This document shows positions 1-8,142 of a stretch of DNA of 32,000 nt, piece after piece (the first letter of the stretch is position 1; each line of letters opens with the position of its first letter). A model generated the notes under the pieces. That model ran no database searches. It was not told the DNA's origin and saw nothing but the letters and a program-made list of their open reading frames with translations. The stretch spans positions 262,791 to 294,790 of the forward strand of contig OOHK01000001.1 of the NCBI GenBank assembly GCA_900315845.1, written 5' to 3'. Position numbers and translations under genes: made by a program. The stretch is from Candidatus Avelusimicrobium luingense. GTDB lineage: Bacteria > Elusimicrobiota > Elusimicrobia > Elusimicrobiales > Elusimicrobiaceae.

Positions 1-840
1 CATTATTTCCGTCCCTTTTTAGAAAAATACGGAGTAACGGTAGAAGGAATCCACGAAAACGATGATGCACTTTTCGGCGGAGTTACCCCTAACGCCGGGC
101 CGGTCAGTTTGCAAGAACTCACCCATTTGGTAGTACGTAAAAAAATGCATTTGGGGATTGCTTGCAACTCGGATTGCGACAAATTCGGCGTGATTGATTC
201 CGACGGTGAATGGGTTTCTCCTAACGAAATTGCCCCCATGCTTTTAGACCATTTGGTACGCAACAAAAAACAAAAAGGCCGCGTATGCAGAAGCGTTATT
301 ACTTCTAATCTTATTGACCAAGTCGCCAAAGTAAGCGGGCTGATGCTTCGTGAAACCCCCGTCGGTTTTAAGTATATTACCGAACTGATGACTTCCGGCC
401 AATATATTATGGGTATGGAAGAATCGGGCGGACTGGCTATTGCCAATCACATTCCGGACAAAGACGGCCTTTTGGCCTGCCTGCTTGTAGTAGATATGCT
501 TGCTACCGAAGGCAAAACGCTCAAACAACTGCGCAAAGATTTTTACAAAAAGTATAAACAACTTTTTGATCAAAAAGTAAGTATCCCCAAAACGGAAACG
601 GAAATTAACCGCATTATGGAACGGTTGGATATCCGTCCGCCGTTATCTATCAACAAAACCTCTGTGTGGCGTATTGATAACACCGATGGGTTTAAGTTCC
701 TCTTAAAAGGCGGTAGTTGGTTGGCGATTCGTCCTTCCGGCACCGAACGGCTGATTCGTATGTATGCCGAAGCCCAAGATGAAAAAACCCCCGCGGCGTT
801 AATTAAAGAAGGTAAAAAAATTATAGACAGTATGCTATAA
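1..840 (+). CDS. phosphoglucomutase/phosphomannomutase-family protein, C-terminal ~279 aa (5' end lies outside the window)
   Basis: Frame 1 is open from base 1 (HYFRPFLEKYGVTVEGIHEN...) into tracked ORF 109..840. Alpha-D-phosphohexomutase motifs: metal loop region GIACNSDCDKFG, sugar loop GMEESGG, phosphate loop RPSGTE. Confidence 0.85.
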   Translation, partial: HYFRPFLEKYGVTVEGIHENDDALFGGVTPNAGPVSLQELTHLVVRKKMHLGIACNSDCDKFGVIDSDGEWVSPNEIAPMLLDHLVRNKKQKGRVCRSVITSNLIDQVAKVSGLMLRETPVGFKYITELMTSGQYIMGMEESGGLAIANHIPDKDGLLACLLVVDMLATEGKTLKQLRKDFYKKYKQLFDQKVSIPKTETEINRIMERLDIRPPLSINKTSVWRIDNTDGFKFLLKGGSWLAIRPSGTERLIRMYAEAQDEKTPAALIKEGKKIIDSML

Positions 841-868
841 GGCCGCCTAATGCGGCCGAGGGGGTTGT

Positions 869-2137
869 ATGGTTCGCATTGCAAAAATCGCAGCACGCGA
901 AATTTTAGATTCGCGAGGATATCCGACGATTGCCGCCGAAGTTGTGTTAGACAGCGGCGCACGCGGTTGTTCTGCCGTTCCCAGCGGGGCATCTACCGGC
1001 TCGCACGAAGCCGTTGAACTACGTGACGGTGGCATACGTTACGGTGGGAAAGGCGTATTAAAAGCCGTAGAAAACGTCGGTCAAATGGCTACTGCATTAA
1101 CCGGAGAAAACGCGCTTGATATTCGCGCATTAGATAAAAAAATAGGCGAATTAGACGGCACCGAAAACAAGTCGCGTTTAGGAGCAAACGCAACACTTGC
1201 CGTATCGATGGCCCTACTTCGCGCCGGAGCCGCTCATGCCCGCCTGCCACTCTATCAATACTTACGCCAAGCATACAACCTTACGCAAACCGATTATCTC
1301 TTGCCCGTTCCCATGCTTAATATTATTAACGGCGGCAAACATGCCGACTCGGGGTTAGATGTGCAAGAGTTTATGATTTTGCCCAATTTTGCAGATACTT
1401 TTTCACACGCGTTACAAAGTGCCGTTGAAACATATCACACGTTGCGCGCGTTATTAAAAGAACAAGGGCAAGTAATCGCCGTTGGCGATGAAGGCGGCTT
1501 CGCCCCGAAAATTGCGAAACACGAAGATGTACTAAAAACTATCTTACAAGCCGCCCAAAAAGCCGGCCACCCCCACATGGCGCTGGCATTAGATGCGGCC
1601 GCCAGCGAGTTTTTTCATGACGGAAAATATCATTTTGAAGGGCAAGATTTATCCGCCGACAAATTAAGTACTATCTATCAAAACTGGTGTGCTAATTATC
1701 CGCTTTTATCCTTAGAAGATCCGCTGCAGGAAGATGATTTCTCCAACTGGCAAATGCTTACGGCTCAACTGGGCGACCGGGTTAAATTAGTAGGCGATGA
1801 TTTATTTGTTACCAACTATAAACGCTTGCAACGGGGCATTGAGCATAAAGCCGCCAATGCGATTTTGATTAAGTTAAACCAAATCGGCACGGTATCGGAA
1901 ACGATAGACGTTATGCAACTGGCCAAACAAAACGGTTATGCGTGCATTGTATCGCACCGCTCGGGAGAAACGGAAGACACCTTTATCGCCGATTTAGCCG
2001 TGGCTACCAATGCAGGGGCTATCAAAACCGGCGCGCCCGCTCGTGCCGAACGTACCGCCAAATATAACCGATTATTACAAATCGAACAGGAACTCGGCCC
2101 AAAAGCCATTTACGCAAAGGAGATGATTTTTCACTAA
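869..2137 (+). CDS. eno: enolase (phosphopyruvate hydratase)
   Basis: 422 aa. N-terminus MVRIAKIAAREILDSRGYPTIAAEV, SGASTGSHEA and SHRSGETED motifs. G-rich SD (gaggggg) just upstream of the ATG. Confidence 0.97.
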   Translation: MVRIAKIAAREILDSRGYPTIAAEVVLDSGARGCSAVPSGASTGSHEAVELRDGGIRYGGKGVLKAVENVGQMATALTGENALDIRALDKKIGELDGTENKSRLGANATLAVSMALLRAGAAHARLPLYQYLRQAYNLTQTDYLLPVPMLNIINGGKHADSGLDVQEFMILPNFADTFSHALQSAVETYHTLRALLKEQGQVIAVGDEGGFAPKIAKHEDVLKTILQAAQKAGHPHMALALDAAASEFFHDGKYHFEGQDLSADKLSTIYQNWCANYPLLSLEDPLQEDDFSNWQMLTAQLGDRVKLVGDDLFVTNYKRLQRGIEHKAANAILIKLNQIGTVSETIDVMQLAKQNGYACIVSHRSGETEDTFIADLAVATNAGAIKTGAPARAERTAKYNRLLQIEQELGPKAIYAKEMIFH

Positions 2138-2140
2138 ATT

Positions 2141-2437
2141 ATGCAAACATGGTTAGAAAAAATACAAGCCCACAAAAAGCCGCTACTTGTCTTGGCGGGG
2201 CTGATTCTTATTGTCGTGCTTTGGTTAGGAAATACCGTACGCAATTTAATACATAACAAAGCCGAAATGCAAAAATTGACGCATCAAAGTGCGCAGTTAG
2301 ATGCAGAGTACGAACAACTGTTAAAAACCCGGGCCTTATTAGAAGCACAAGATCCGGCACTTATAGAAAAAATTGCCCGTACCGAATACGGACTGGCCAA
2401 ACCGGGGGAAGTGGAATTCCGGTTTTCTACGAAATAA
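2141..2437 (+). CDS. FtsB/DivIC-like septum formation initiator (small bitopic coiled-coil protein)
   Basis: 98 aa with a single N-terminal TM (LLVLAGLILIVVLWL) followed by a helical Q/E/L-rich segment. Starts 3 nt after the eno stop, a common eno-ftsB arrangement. Confidence 0.7.
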   Translation: MQTWLEKIQAHKKPLLVLAGLILIVVLWLGNTVRNLIHNKAEMQKLTHQSAQLDAEYEQLLKTRALLEAQDPALIEKIARTEYGLAKPGEVEFRFSTK

Positions 2438-2438
2438 T

Positions 2439-3044
2439 ATGCAAATTGATGTATTAGAACTCGGCCCGATGGCCAACTGTACGTATTTAATCAGCGAAAA
2501 AAATGACGCGCTGTTAATTGATCCGGCGTGGGATATGAATTTTATTTCGCATACACTCACGCAAAAAAATTTAACTTTGCGCGGCGTACTTTTCACGCAC
2601 GGACATTTTGACCACGTTAAATTTGCCCAACAACTCTTACAACAAACCGGCCTGAAAGGATATTTAGAAGAAAAAGATATTTCGTTAGCCGGCATAGATC
2701 CCCAATTTTTACATACTTATTCGGGCGCACAACAGTTCAAAATCGGCCCGTTTGATATAAAAATTACCCCCACTCCCGGGCATACCGCAGGGAGTGTATG
2801 TATCCAAATCGGTAACGCTCTTTTTACGGGCGATACGCTTTTCCCCGGGGCGTGCGGACGAACCGATTTACCTACGTCCGATCCGCGCGCCATGCGCCAA
2901 AGTTTGGTAGAACTATCCCGCTTGCCGGAAGATACCCAAATTTTTGCCGGCCACAGTTACGGCGGGAAATGCAGTTCTACTATTGGCTACGAACGCGTGA
3001 ATAATCCGTTTATGCGAAATGCCCTTCGCGGTGGAGAAATTTAA
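2439..3044 (+). CDS. MBL-fold metallo-hydrolase (glyoxalase II-like)
   Basis: HxHxDH motif (FTHGHFDHV), later TPGHTAGS and a GD..F segment. I chose ATG 2439 (MQIDVLELGP...), 1 nt after the ftsB-like stop, rather than tracked 2373, which overlaps the upstream gene. Confidence 0.85.
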   Translation: MQIDVLELGPMANCTYLISEKNDALLIDPAWDMNFISHTLTQKNLTLRGVLFTHGHFDHVKFAQQLLQQTGLKGYLEEKDISLAGIDPQFLHTYSGAQQFKIGPFDIKITPTPGHTAGSVCIQIGNALFTGDTLFPGACGRTDLPTSDPRAMRQSLVELSRLPEDTQIFAGHSYGGKCSSTIGYERVNNPFMRNALRGGEI

Positions 3045-3829
3045 TGCATCCCACACTACTTACCATCGGTTCGTTTGAACTTGCCAGTTACGGCGTGATG
3101 ACTGCGCTAGGCTATGGGATAGCGTCGTATTATCTGGTACGGCGGCTGCCTAAAAATTTGGACAAAGATACTTTTTGGAATTTAATTTTTATTTTATTTA
3201 TGGGGGCACTCGTCGGGGCAAAATTATTATTTATTGCGTTGACGTGGCCGCAGTTAAACGGAAGCACTTGGGAAAAAATCTCGTATTTCGTGCAAAATTT
3301 TCGGTATGGGTTTGTGTTTTACGGTGGACTTATCGTAGCGGTAGCCGCGGTAATTACTTACATGAAAAAGAAAAAATTACCGTTACTTGCTACATCCGAT
3401 TTTATTATTACCGCCTTACCGCTCGGACATGCATTCGGGCGCGTGGGCTGTTTCTTAGCGGGCTGTTGCCACGGCAAACCTACCACTATGCCTTGGGGAG
3501 TTACATTCACCGATCCGCACGCTATGGTTGCGCCCGATTTACTCGGTGTACCCGTACACCCCGTACAACTTTACGAAGCCGTCGGCAATTTGCTGATTTT
3601 CTTTATTCTGCATAAACTTTACAACCACCCGCATAAAAACGGCACCGTACTTTTAGCGTATATTTTTTGTTACGGTACGTTACGTTTTGCATTAGAATTT
3701 TTCCGCGGAGATTTTCGCGGAGCGTATTTATTCGGGCTTTCCCCGGCGCAGATTATTACCTTGTTACTTGCGTTAAGTGCCGGCGTAATTTGGTGGCGTA
3801 TTACTAAAAAAGGACAATCTCATGGCTGA
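3044..3829 (+). CDS. lgt: prolipoprotein diacylglyceryl transferase
   Basis: 261 aa polytopic protein with GRVGCFLAGCCHG and HPVQLYEA motifs typical of Lgt. The ATG overlaps the upstream stop by 1 nt (TAATG). Confidence 0.9.
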   Translation: MHPTLLTIGSFELASYGVMTALGYGIASYYLVRRLPKNLDKDTFWNLIFILFMGALVGAKLLFIALTWPQLNGSTWEKISYFVQNFRYGFVFYGGLIVAVAAVITYMKKKKLPLLATSDFIITALPLGHAFGRVGCFLAGCCHGKPTTMPWGVTFTDPHAMVAPDLLGVPVHPVQLYEAVGNLLIFFILHKLYNHPHKNGTVLLAYIFCYGTLRFALEFFRGDFRGAYLFGLSPAQIITLLLALSAGVIWWRITKKGQSHG

Positions 3830-4727
3830 TAAAAAAACGATTATTTTCGACGGATATTCTAAACGCTTGGACGTATTTGTGGCGGACGAGTTGGAAAATT
3901 TGTCGCGCTCGCTCGTGCAAAAGTTAATCAAAGACGGGCACGTTACCGTCAACGGTAAACAAGTAAAACCGTCCTGGCCGCTCACAGCAGGTGAAACAGT
4001 AACGATTGAATTACCGGATGCACACAGCCAAACCAAACTAAAAGATTTAATTATTCATGACGGAAAAGATTTCTTTGCGTTGATAAAGCCCGCAGGCATG
4101 CTGGTCCACCCGCAAAGCCCCATTTGGGAAGAACACCCCGAAACGGTTTTCTCGTCGGAAGAAACGCTGGTATCTGTTATTTTGGCCAATCCCCCCAAAG
4201 GGTTTGATACCAACATGCCGCGCGCCGGACTTGTCCACCGGTTAGACCGCGAAACAAGCGGTGTGATGATTGTAGCCAAAACGCAAGAATTTCAAGCGGA
4301 AATGATTGCACAGTTTGCCGCGCGCGACGTACACAAGACATATCACGCGATTGCGTGTGGAACCGTGCCAGACGATGAAGGCACGATTGATGTGCCGATA
4401 GGGCGCGTAGCCGGCGGAAAAATTAAAGCATCCGACGTAGGGCGCGAAGCCGTAACCGATTACAAAGTATTAGAGCGCAAAAACGGTTTTACCTATATTG
4501 AACTGTATCCGCGTACCGGCCGCACCAACCAGTTGCGTGTACACTTAAATTGGCTGGGTTACCCGGTGCTGGGCGATTGGCTGTACGAAGGGGCCACGGC
4601 AGATCGGCTCATGCTCCATGCCCGGCGCATTGAATTTACCCATCCGCTAACGGGGAAAAAATTAAAATTTGAAGCCCCCGTCCCCCCCGACTTTTTAGCC
4701 GCATGGGAACGTGTAACCGGGAAATAA
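3822..4727 (+). CDS. rluD: RluA/RluD-family 23S rRNA pseudouridine synthase with N-terminal S4 domain
   Basis: 301 aa. S4-like N-terminus (RLDVFVADEL...SRSLVQKLIKDGHVTVNG), catalytic motif HRLDRETSGVMIVAK. Overlaps lgt by 8 nt. Confidence 0.88.
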   Translation: MADKKTIIFDGYSKRLDVFVADELENLSRSLVQKLIKDGHVTVNGKQVKPSWPLTAGETVTIELPDAHSQTKLKDLIIHDGKDFFALIKPAGMLVHPQSPIWEEHPETVFSSEETLVSVILANPPKGFDTNMPRAGLVHRLDRETSGVMIVAKTQEFQAEMIAQFAARDVHKTYHAIACGTVPDDEGTIDVPIGRVAGGKIKASDVGREAVTDYKVLERKNGFTYIELYPRTGRTNQLRVHLNWLGYPVLGDWLYEGATADRLMLHARRIEFTHPLTGKKLKFEAPVPPDFLAAWERVTGK

Positions 4728-4750
4728 TAAATTCTCTTATATAAACAAAA

Positions 4751-4790
4751 AAATCTTCCCCGTTTGAATAAACAGGGAAGATTTTTATAT
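4751..4790. terminator. bidirectional rho-independent terminator between convergent genes
   Basis: Stem aaatcttccc (4751-4760) / gggaagattt (4775-4784), flanked by an A-run and a T-run. Confidence 0.8.
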
Positions 4791-4801
4791 ATTCCTAACC
4801 G

Positions 4802-5560
4802 TTAGCGCACGGCTTTGGCGTTTTTACTCATTAACGCGTTTAATTGGGTTTGTTGTTTGAGCATGATATCTTTAGCCGATGTAACAAAATCTTCATACGT
4901 AGGGCTTTTAGCCGCAATATCTTTTAATTTCTGCTCATTTGTATTGATAATAGCCATGGCTTGATTTCCCACTTTCGCACTAAAGATACTGTTTACGGAG
5001 GCCAATGTTTCGCCGTTTTCATCTTGCACTTTTTCTAAATACTGTTTCATTTGTTCAATGTCTTTAGCGGGCGCAATTCCTTTCAAATCATCCATTACAA
5101 TAATACCAACCACCGACGGTAATTCTTGTTCTTTTTTCTTGGAAACTTTTTTAACAGCAGGCGCTTTTTGGCGTTCTTTTTGCAAGGCTTTCCCGGCACG
5201 CGAAAGTAAATTTTCCGAGTATCCCACAAAAACCTGTTCCCCCACGATAAGCACCGGAACACCGCCGTCCAAATTATGTTTTTTGCGCATGCGGGCAAAT
5301 TGCTGGCGGCCTTGCGGCGTGTGCACTTCATATTCTTCTAATACCACTTGTCCCGCATATTTCTTGCTAAATTTGGCGGAGAAACCTTCTTGCTTTAATT
5401 TGCGGCACCACGGACATCCGTCCGATAAAAACAAATACGCTTTAACGGCTTGCTTATCTTCTTGCGGCACCGCCACGAAAGAAGACACCGCCGCACTTTG
5501 GCTATTGGCTGCTACCAATAAGCCAATTACGAATATAACTCTAACAATTATTTTTTTCAT
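4802..5560 (-). CDS. exported thioredoxin/glutaredoxin-fold protein (CPWC) with long helical C-terminal domain
   Basis: Start moved to ATG 5560 (MKKIIVRVIFVIGLLVAANSQSAA signal peptide). The tracked 5680 start adds 40 implausible residues. CPWC redox motif in FLSDGCPWCRKLK. The C-terminal half is K/E/Q-rich and helical. Confidence 0.75.
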   Translation of the reverse strand: MKKIIVRVIFVIGLLVAANSQSAAVSSFVAVPQEDKQAVKAYLFLSDGCPWCRKLKQEGFSAKFSKKYAGQVVLEEYEVHTPQGRQQFARMRKKHNLDGGVPVLIVGEQVFVGYSENLLSRAGKALQKERQKAPAVKKVSKKKEQELPSVVGIIVMDDLKGIAPAKDIEQMKQYLEKVQDENGETLASVNSIFSAKVGNQAMAIINTNEQKLKDIAAKSPTYEDFVTSAKDIMLKQQTQLNALMSKNAKAVR

Positions 5561-5673
5561 ATTGTATATGATAACAAACTCTTTTCTCATGCACAAGATA
5601 AATAATGCTAAACAACGACTTATTTTAATATAGTAAAATATACTCCAACATCGTCGGGCCGAAAAGCCCACCC

Positions 5674-5701
5674 TTGACAAGTCAAAAAAAAAAACGATAA
5701 T
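5674..5701 (+). promoter_or_regulatory. sigma70-like promoter of pilin-like gene 1 with A11 tract in the spacer
   Basis: TTGACA (5674-5679), 16-nt spacer agtc-A11-c, GATAAT (5696-5701). AAGGAG SD at about 5722, ATG at 5735. Confidence 0.6.
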
Positions 5702-5734
5702 AGAGTATCAGAACAAATAACAAGGAGCAAAAAT

Positions 5735-6289
5735 ATGGCAAATACAAAAGCATTTACGTTAATAGAATTATTAGTAGTCGTTTTAATCATTGGTATTTTA
5801 GCCGCCGTGGCCTTGCCGCAATACCAAAAAGCGGTGGAAAAATCACGCGCGGCTCAAGCATTAACCCTTCTTAAATCGGTTTCGCAAGCAGCCGAAGCGT
5901 ATTTTATGGCGAACGGAACGGAATTTAGGTCGTTTGACGAATTGTCGTTAGATATCCCATGGCCCGCGGGCACACGCGTTATCGGCGGCTCGCAAGATAC
6001 CAAATCAAACGGGGAATGGGCCTTAGAAATTGAAGATTCCAGTTCTTCCGGTTGGACGGTCCTGTTTATGACACGTTTGCAAGGCAAATATCAAGGTGCC
6101 GGTTTCCAAATCGGGATACGCGGGCCTGACGGGCATGTGGGCGGTTCCGTCCCCGGTTGTTTTGAACGGAAAACGGCCTCCACCAAAACTTTTGATTCTT
6201 CATTAACACCCGGAGCCTATTGCACACAAATTATGAAAGGAACCTTGTCTGATGAAAGCCAATGGGGACGCTCCTATCGTTTGCCCTAA
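5735..6289 (+). CDS. prepilin-type N-terminal cleavage/methylation domain protein (type IV pilin/pseudopilin-like), paralogue 1
   Basis: 184 aa. [42 protein letters not shown] is a class III signal peptide plus the conserved hydrophobic alpha1 helix (Glu at +5). The C-terminal part is paralogous to 24037..24606. Confidence 0.92.
   Translation: MANTKAFTLIELLVVVLIIGILAAVALPQYQKAVEKSRAAQALTLLKSVSQAAEAYFMANGTEFRSFDELSLDIPWPAGTRVIGGSQDTKSNGEWALEIEDSSSSGWTVLFMTRLQGKYQGAGFQIGIRGPDGHVGGSVPGCFERKTASTKTFDSSLTPGAYCTQIMKGTLSDESQWGRSYRLP
5750..5850 (+). repeat. dispersed ~100-bp conserved pilin 5' cassette, copy 1
   Basis: Roughly 80% DNA-level similarity, judged by eye, to 18021..18120 and 24481..24577 (both reverse orientation). 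Confidence 0.7.
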
Positions 6290-6324
6290 TCGTGTAAAAT
6301 ATACAAGTTGACCGGAACATAGCA

Positions 6325-6364
6325 AACGTCCGTAAAAGTGAACACTTTTACGGACGTTTTGTTA
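6325..6364. terminator. rho-independent terminator (pilin gene 1 / hydA convergent)
   Basis: Stem aacgtccgtaaaagtg / cacttttacggacgtt followed by TTTTGTT. Confidence 0.8.
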
Positions 6365-6391
6365 TACTAAACTTAACACCCGTCGTTATTC

Positions 6392-8131
6392 TTATTTCTT
6401 TTGGCCGGTGCGGTCTTTGCGGTCAAAGTAGTGCGTATGCAACAGTTCATGCGCTTTATGTCCGCCGATTTTATCAAAGATGGTGCCATACAACGCCATC
6501 ACATCTTTGTTATCTTGGGACTTATACGCCATCTTTGCATCGTCTTCATACAATCCGGCCGCGCGGTTCTTGCGGGCTTGCCAACCTTCAAATTGGGGTT
6601 GTCCGGCACCTGCCACACAACCGCCTTGGCAAGACATGACTTCAATAAAGTCGTATTTATTCTTTCCGGCTTTAATGTCGTCCAAGAGTTTGCGCGCGTT
6701 TTTGAGTCCGCTTACTACCGCCACGCGCACCGTTTTGCCCGCGATGGTGAGTTCGGCTTCTTTGACAGTGCTGTTAGCACGCAAGACACTTAAATCTAAT
6801 TTGCCAGCGCCTTTGGGGTCAAGTTCGGCCGCGGCAAAGCGTAAGGCCGCTTCCATAACACCACCCGACGCACCAAAGATAACACCCGCACCGGTTTTGG
6901 TACCGAACGGATGATCAAATTCTTCGTCTTGGAGGTTCGCAAAATCAATGCCGGCTTCTTTAATCATGCGCGCCAAACCGACGGTCGTGACCACATGGTC
7001 CGTATCCGGGTTGCCGTTGACATAGAATTCTTCGCGTTTGACTTCGCCTTTTTTGGCCGAGCACGGCATAATCGCTACGACCACGAGATCTTCGCGTTTG
7101 CCGCCTTTTTCCACGAAATCGGCTTTGATAACCGGGCCCATCATCTGCATCGGCGAGCGGGCCGTAGAAAGATTGGGGATAAATTCCGGCGTAAATTTTT
7201 CTACATAATTTACCCACGCCGGGCAGCAACTGGTAAGTTGCGGCATATTTTTACCTTCGGTGAAACGATGTAAAAATTCGGTGGCTTCTTCCACGATTGT
7301 TAAGTCAGCGGCGAAGGCCGTATCGTACACGTAATCAAACCCTAACAAGCGTAAAGCCGCGGCGATTTTTCCGTCAATGCTTTTGCCTTGCGGCAAGCCG
7401 AAAATTTCGCCCAAACCTACACGCACCGCAGGAGCGATGTGTACGGCTACTTTTTTAGCCGGGTTATTGATTTCTTTAAATACTTGTTCAATTTCGCTGT
7501 TGTTCGGCGTTAAAGCACCTACCGGGCAAACGCGCGCACATTGACCGCAGGACACACATTCGTGGCTTTCACCCATGCCTTTATCAAAAGCAGGGGTAAT
7601 TTTAGCACGGTATCCGCGGAACGCAAAATCAATGGCACCGATACCTTGTACTTCGTTGCAGATGCGTACGCAGTTACCGCACAAAATACATTTGCTGTTA
7701 TCGCGTACCAAGGCAGCAGAGGAAGTATCACGCACCGTTTCTTTTTGTTTGGCTTTGAAGCGGATTTCCGTAATACCCATTTCTTGGGCTAAACTTTGGA
7801 GTTTGCAGCGGCCCGATTTGGAGCAGAGCGTGCAGTTGTGATTACCGGACGCCAATAAGAGTTCCAAGTTGATGCGGCGCAAGCGGCGGATTTCATCGGT
7901 ATTGATGTGTACTTTCATCCCCGCACGCGGTGCTACACAACACGAGGCCACAACGCCCATACCTTCTACTTCTACCAAGCACAAGCGGCATGCACCGTAA
8001 ATTTCCAATTCCGGCTGATAGCAGAACGTGGTAATATTGAAACCCGCTTTGCGGATTAGTTCCAATAAATTCCGTTCGCCTTCAATGGCTACATTTTTTC
8101 CTTCAATAGTAACAAAGTTTTCTTTTTCCAT
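6392..8131 (-). CDS. hydA: [FeFe] hydrogenase catalytic subunit (HydA of a trimeric NADH/ferredoxin-type HydABC)
   Basis: 579 aa. N-terminal 2Fe-2S-type and multiple 4Fe-4S Cys motifs (CILCGNCVRIC, CVSCGQCARVCP). H-cluster signatures TSCCPAW, MPCSAKKGE, EVMSCQGGCVAGAGQP. AAGGAA SD. Confidence 0.95.
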   Translation of the reverse strand: MEKENFVTIEGKNVAIEGERNLLELIRKAGFNITTFCYQPELEIYGACRLCLVEVEGMGVVASCCVAPRAGMKVHINTDEIRRLRRINLELLLASGNHNCTLCSKSGRCKLQSLAQEMGITEIRFKAKQKETVRDTSSAALVRDNSKCILCGNCVRICNEVQGIGAIDFAFRGYRAKITPAFDKGMGESHECVSCGQCARVCPVGALTPNNSEIEQVFKEINNPAKKVAVHIAPAVRVGLGEIFGLPQGKSIDGKIAAALRLLGFDYVYDTAFAADLTIVEEATEFLHRFTEGKNMPQLTSCCPAWVNYVEKFTPEFIPNLSTARSPMQMMGPVIKADFVEKGGKREDLVVVAIMPCSAKKGEVKREEFYVNGNPDTDHVVTTVGLARMIKEAGIDFANLQDEEFDHPFGTKTGAGVIFGASGGVMEAALRFAAAELDPKGAGKLDLSVLRANSTVKEAELTIAGKTVRVAVVSGLKNARKLLDDIKAGKNKYDFIEVMSCQGGCVAGAGQPQFEGWQARKNRAAGLYEDDAKMAYKSQDNKDVMALYGTIFDKIGGHKAHELLHTHYFDRKDRTGQKK

Positions 8132-8142
8132 AATTTAATTCC

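Noticed and set aside
841-857. Hairpin ggccgc-ctaat-gcggcc between the phosphohexomutase gene and eno
   Set aside because: It is short, has no T-run, and sits directly against the eno SD. It is probably an mRNA-stability or translation-tuning structure rather than a terminator, and too weak to call.
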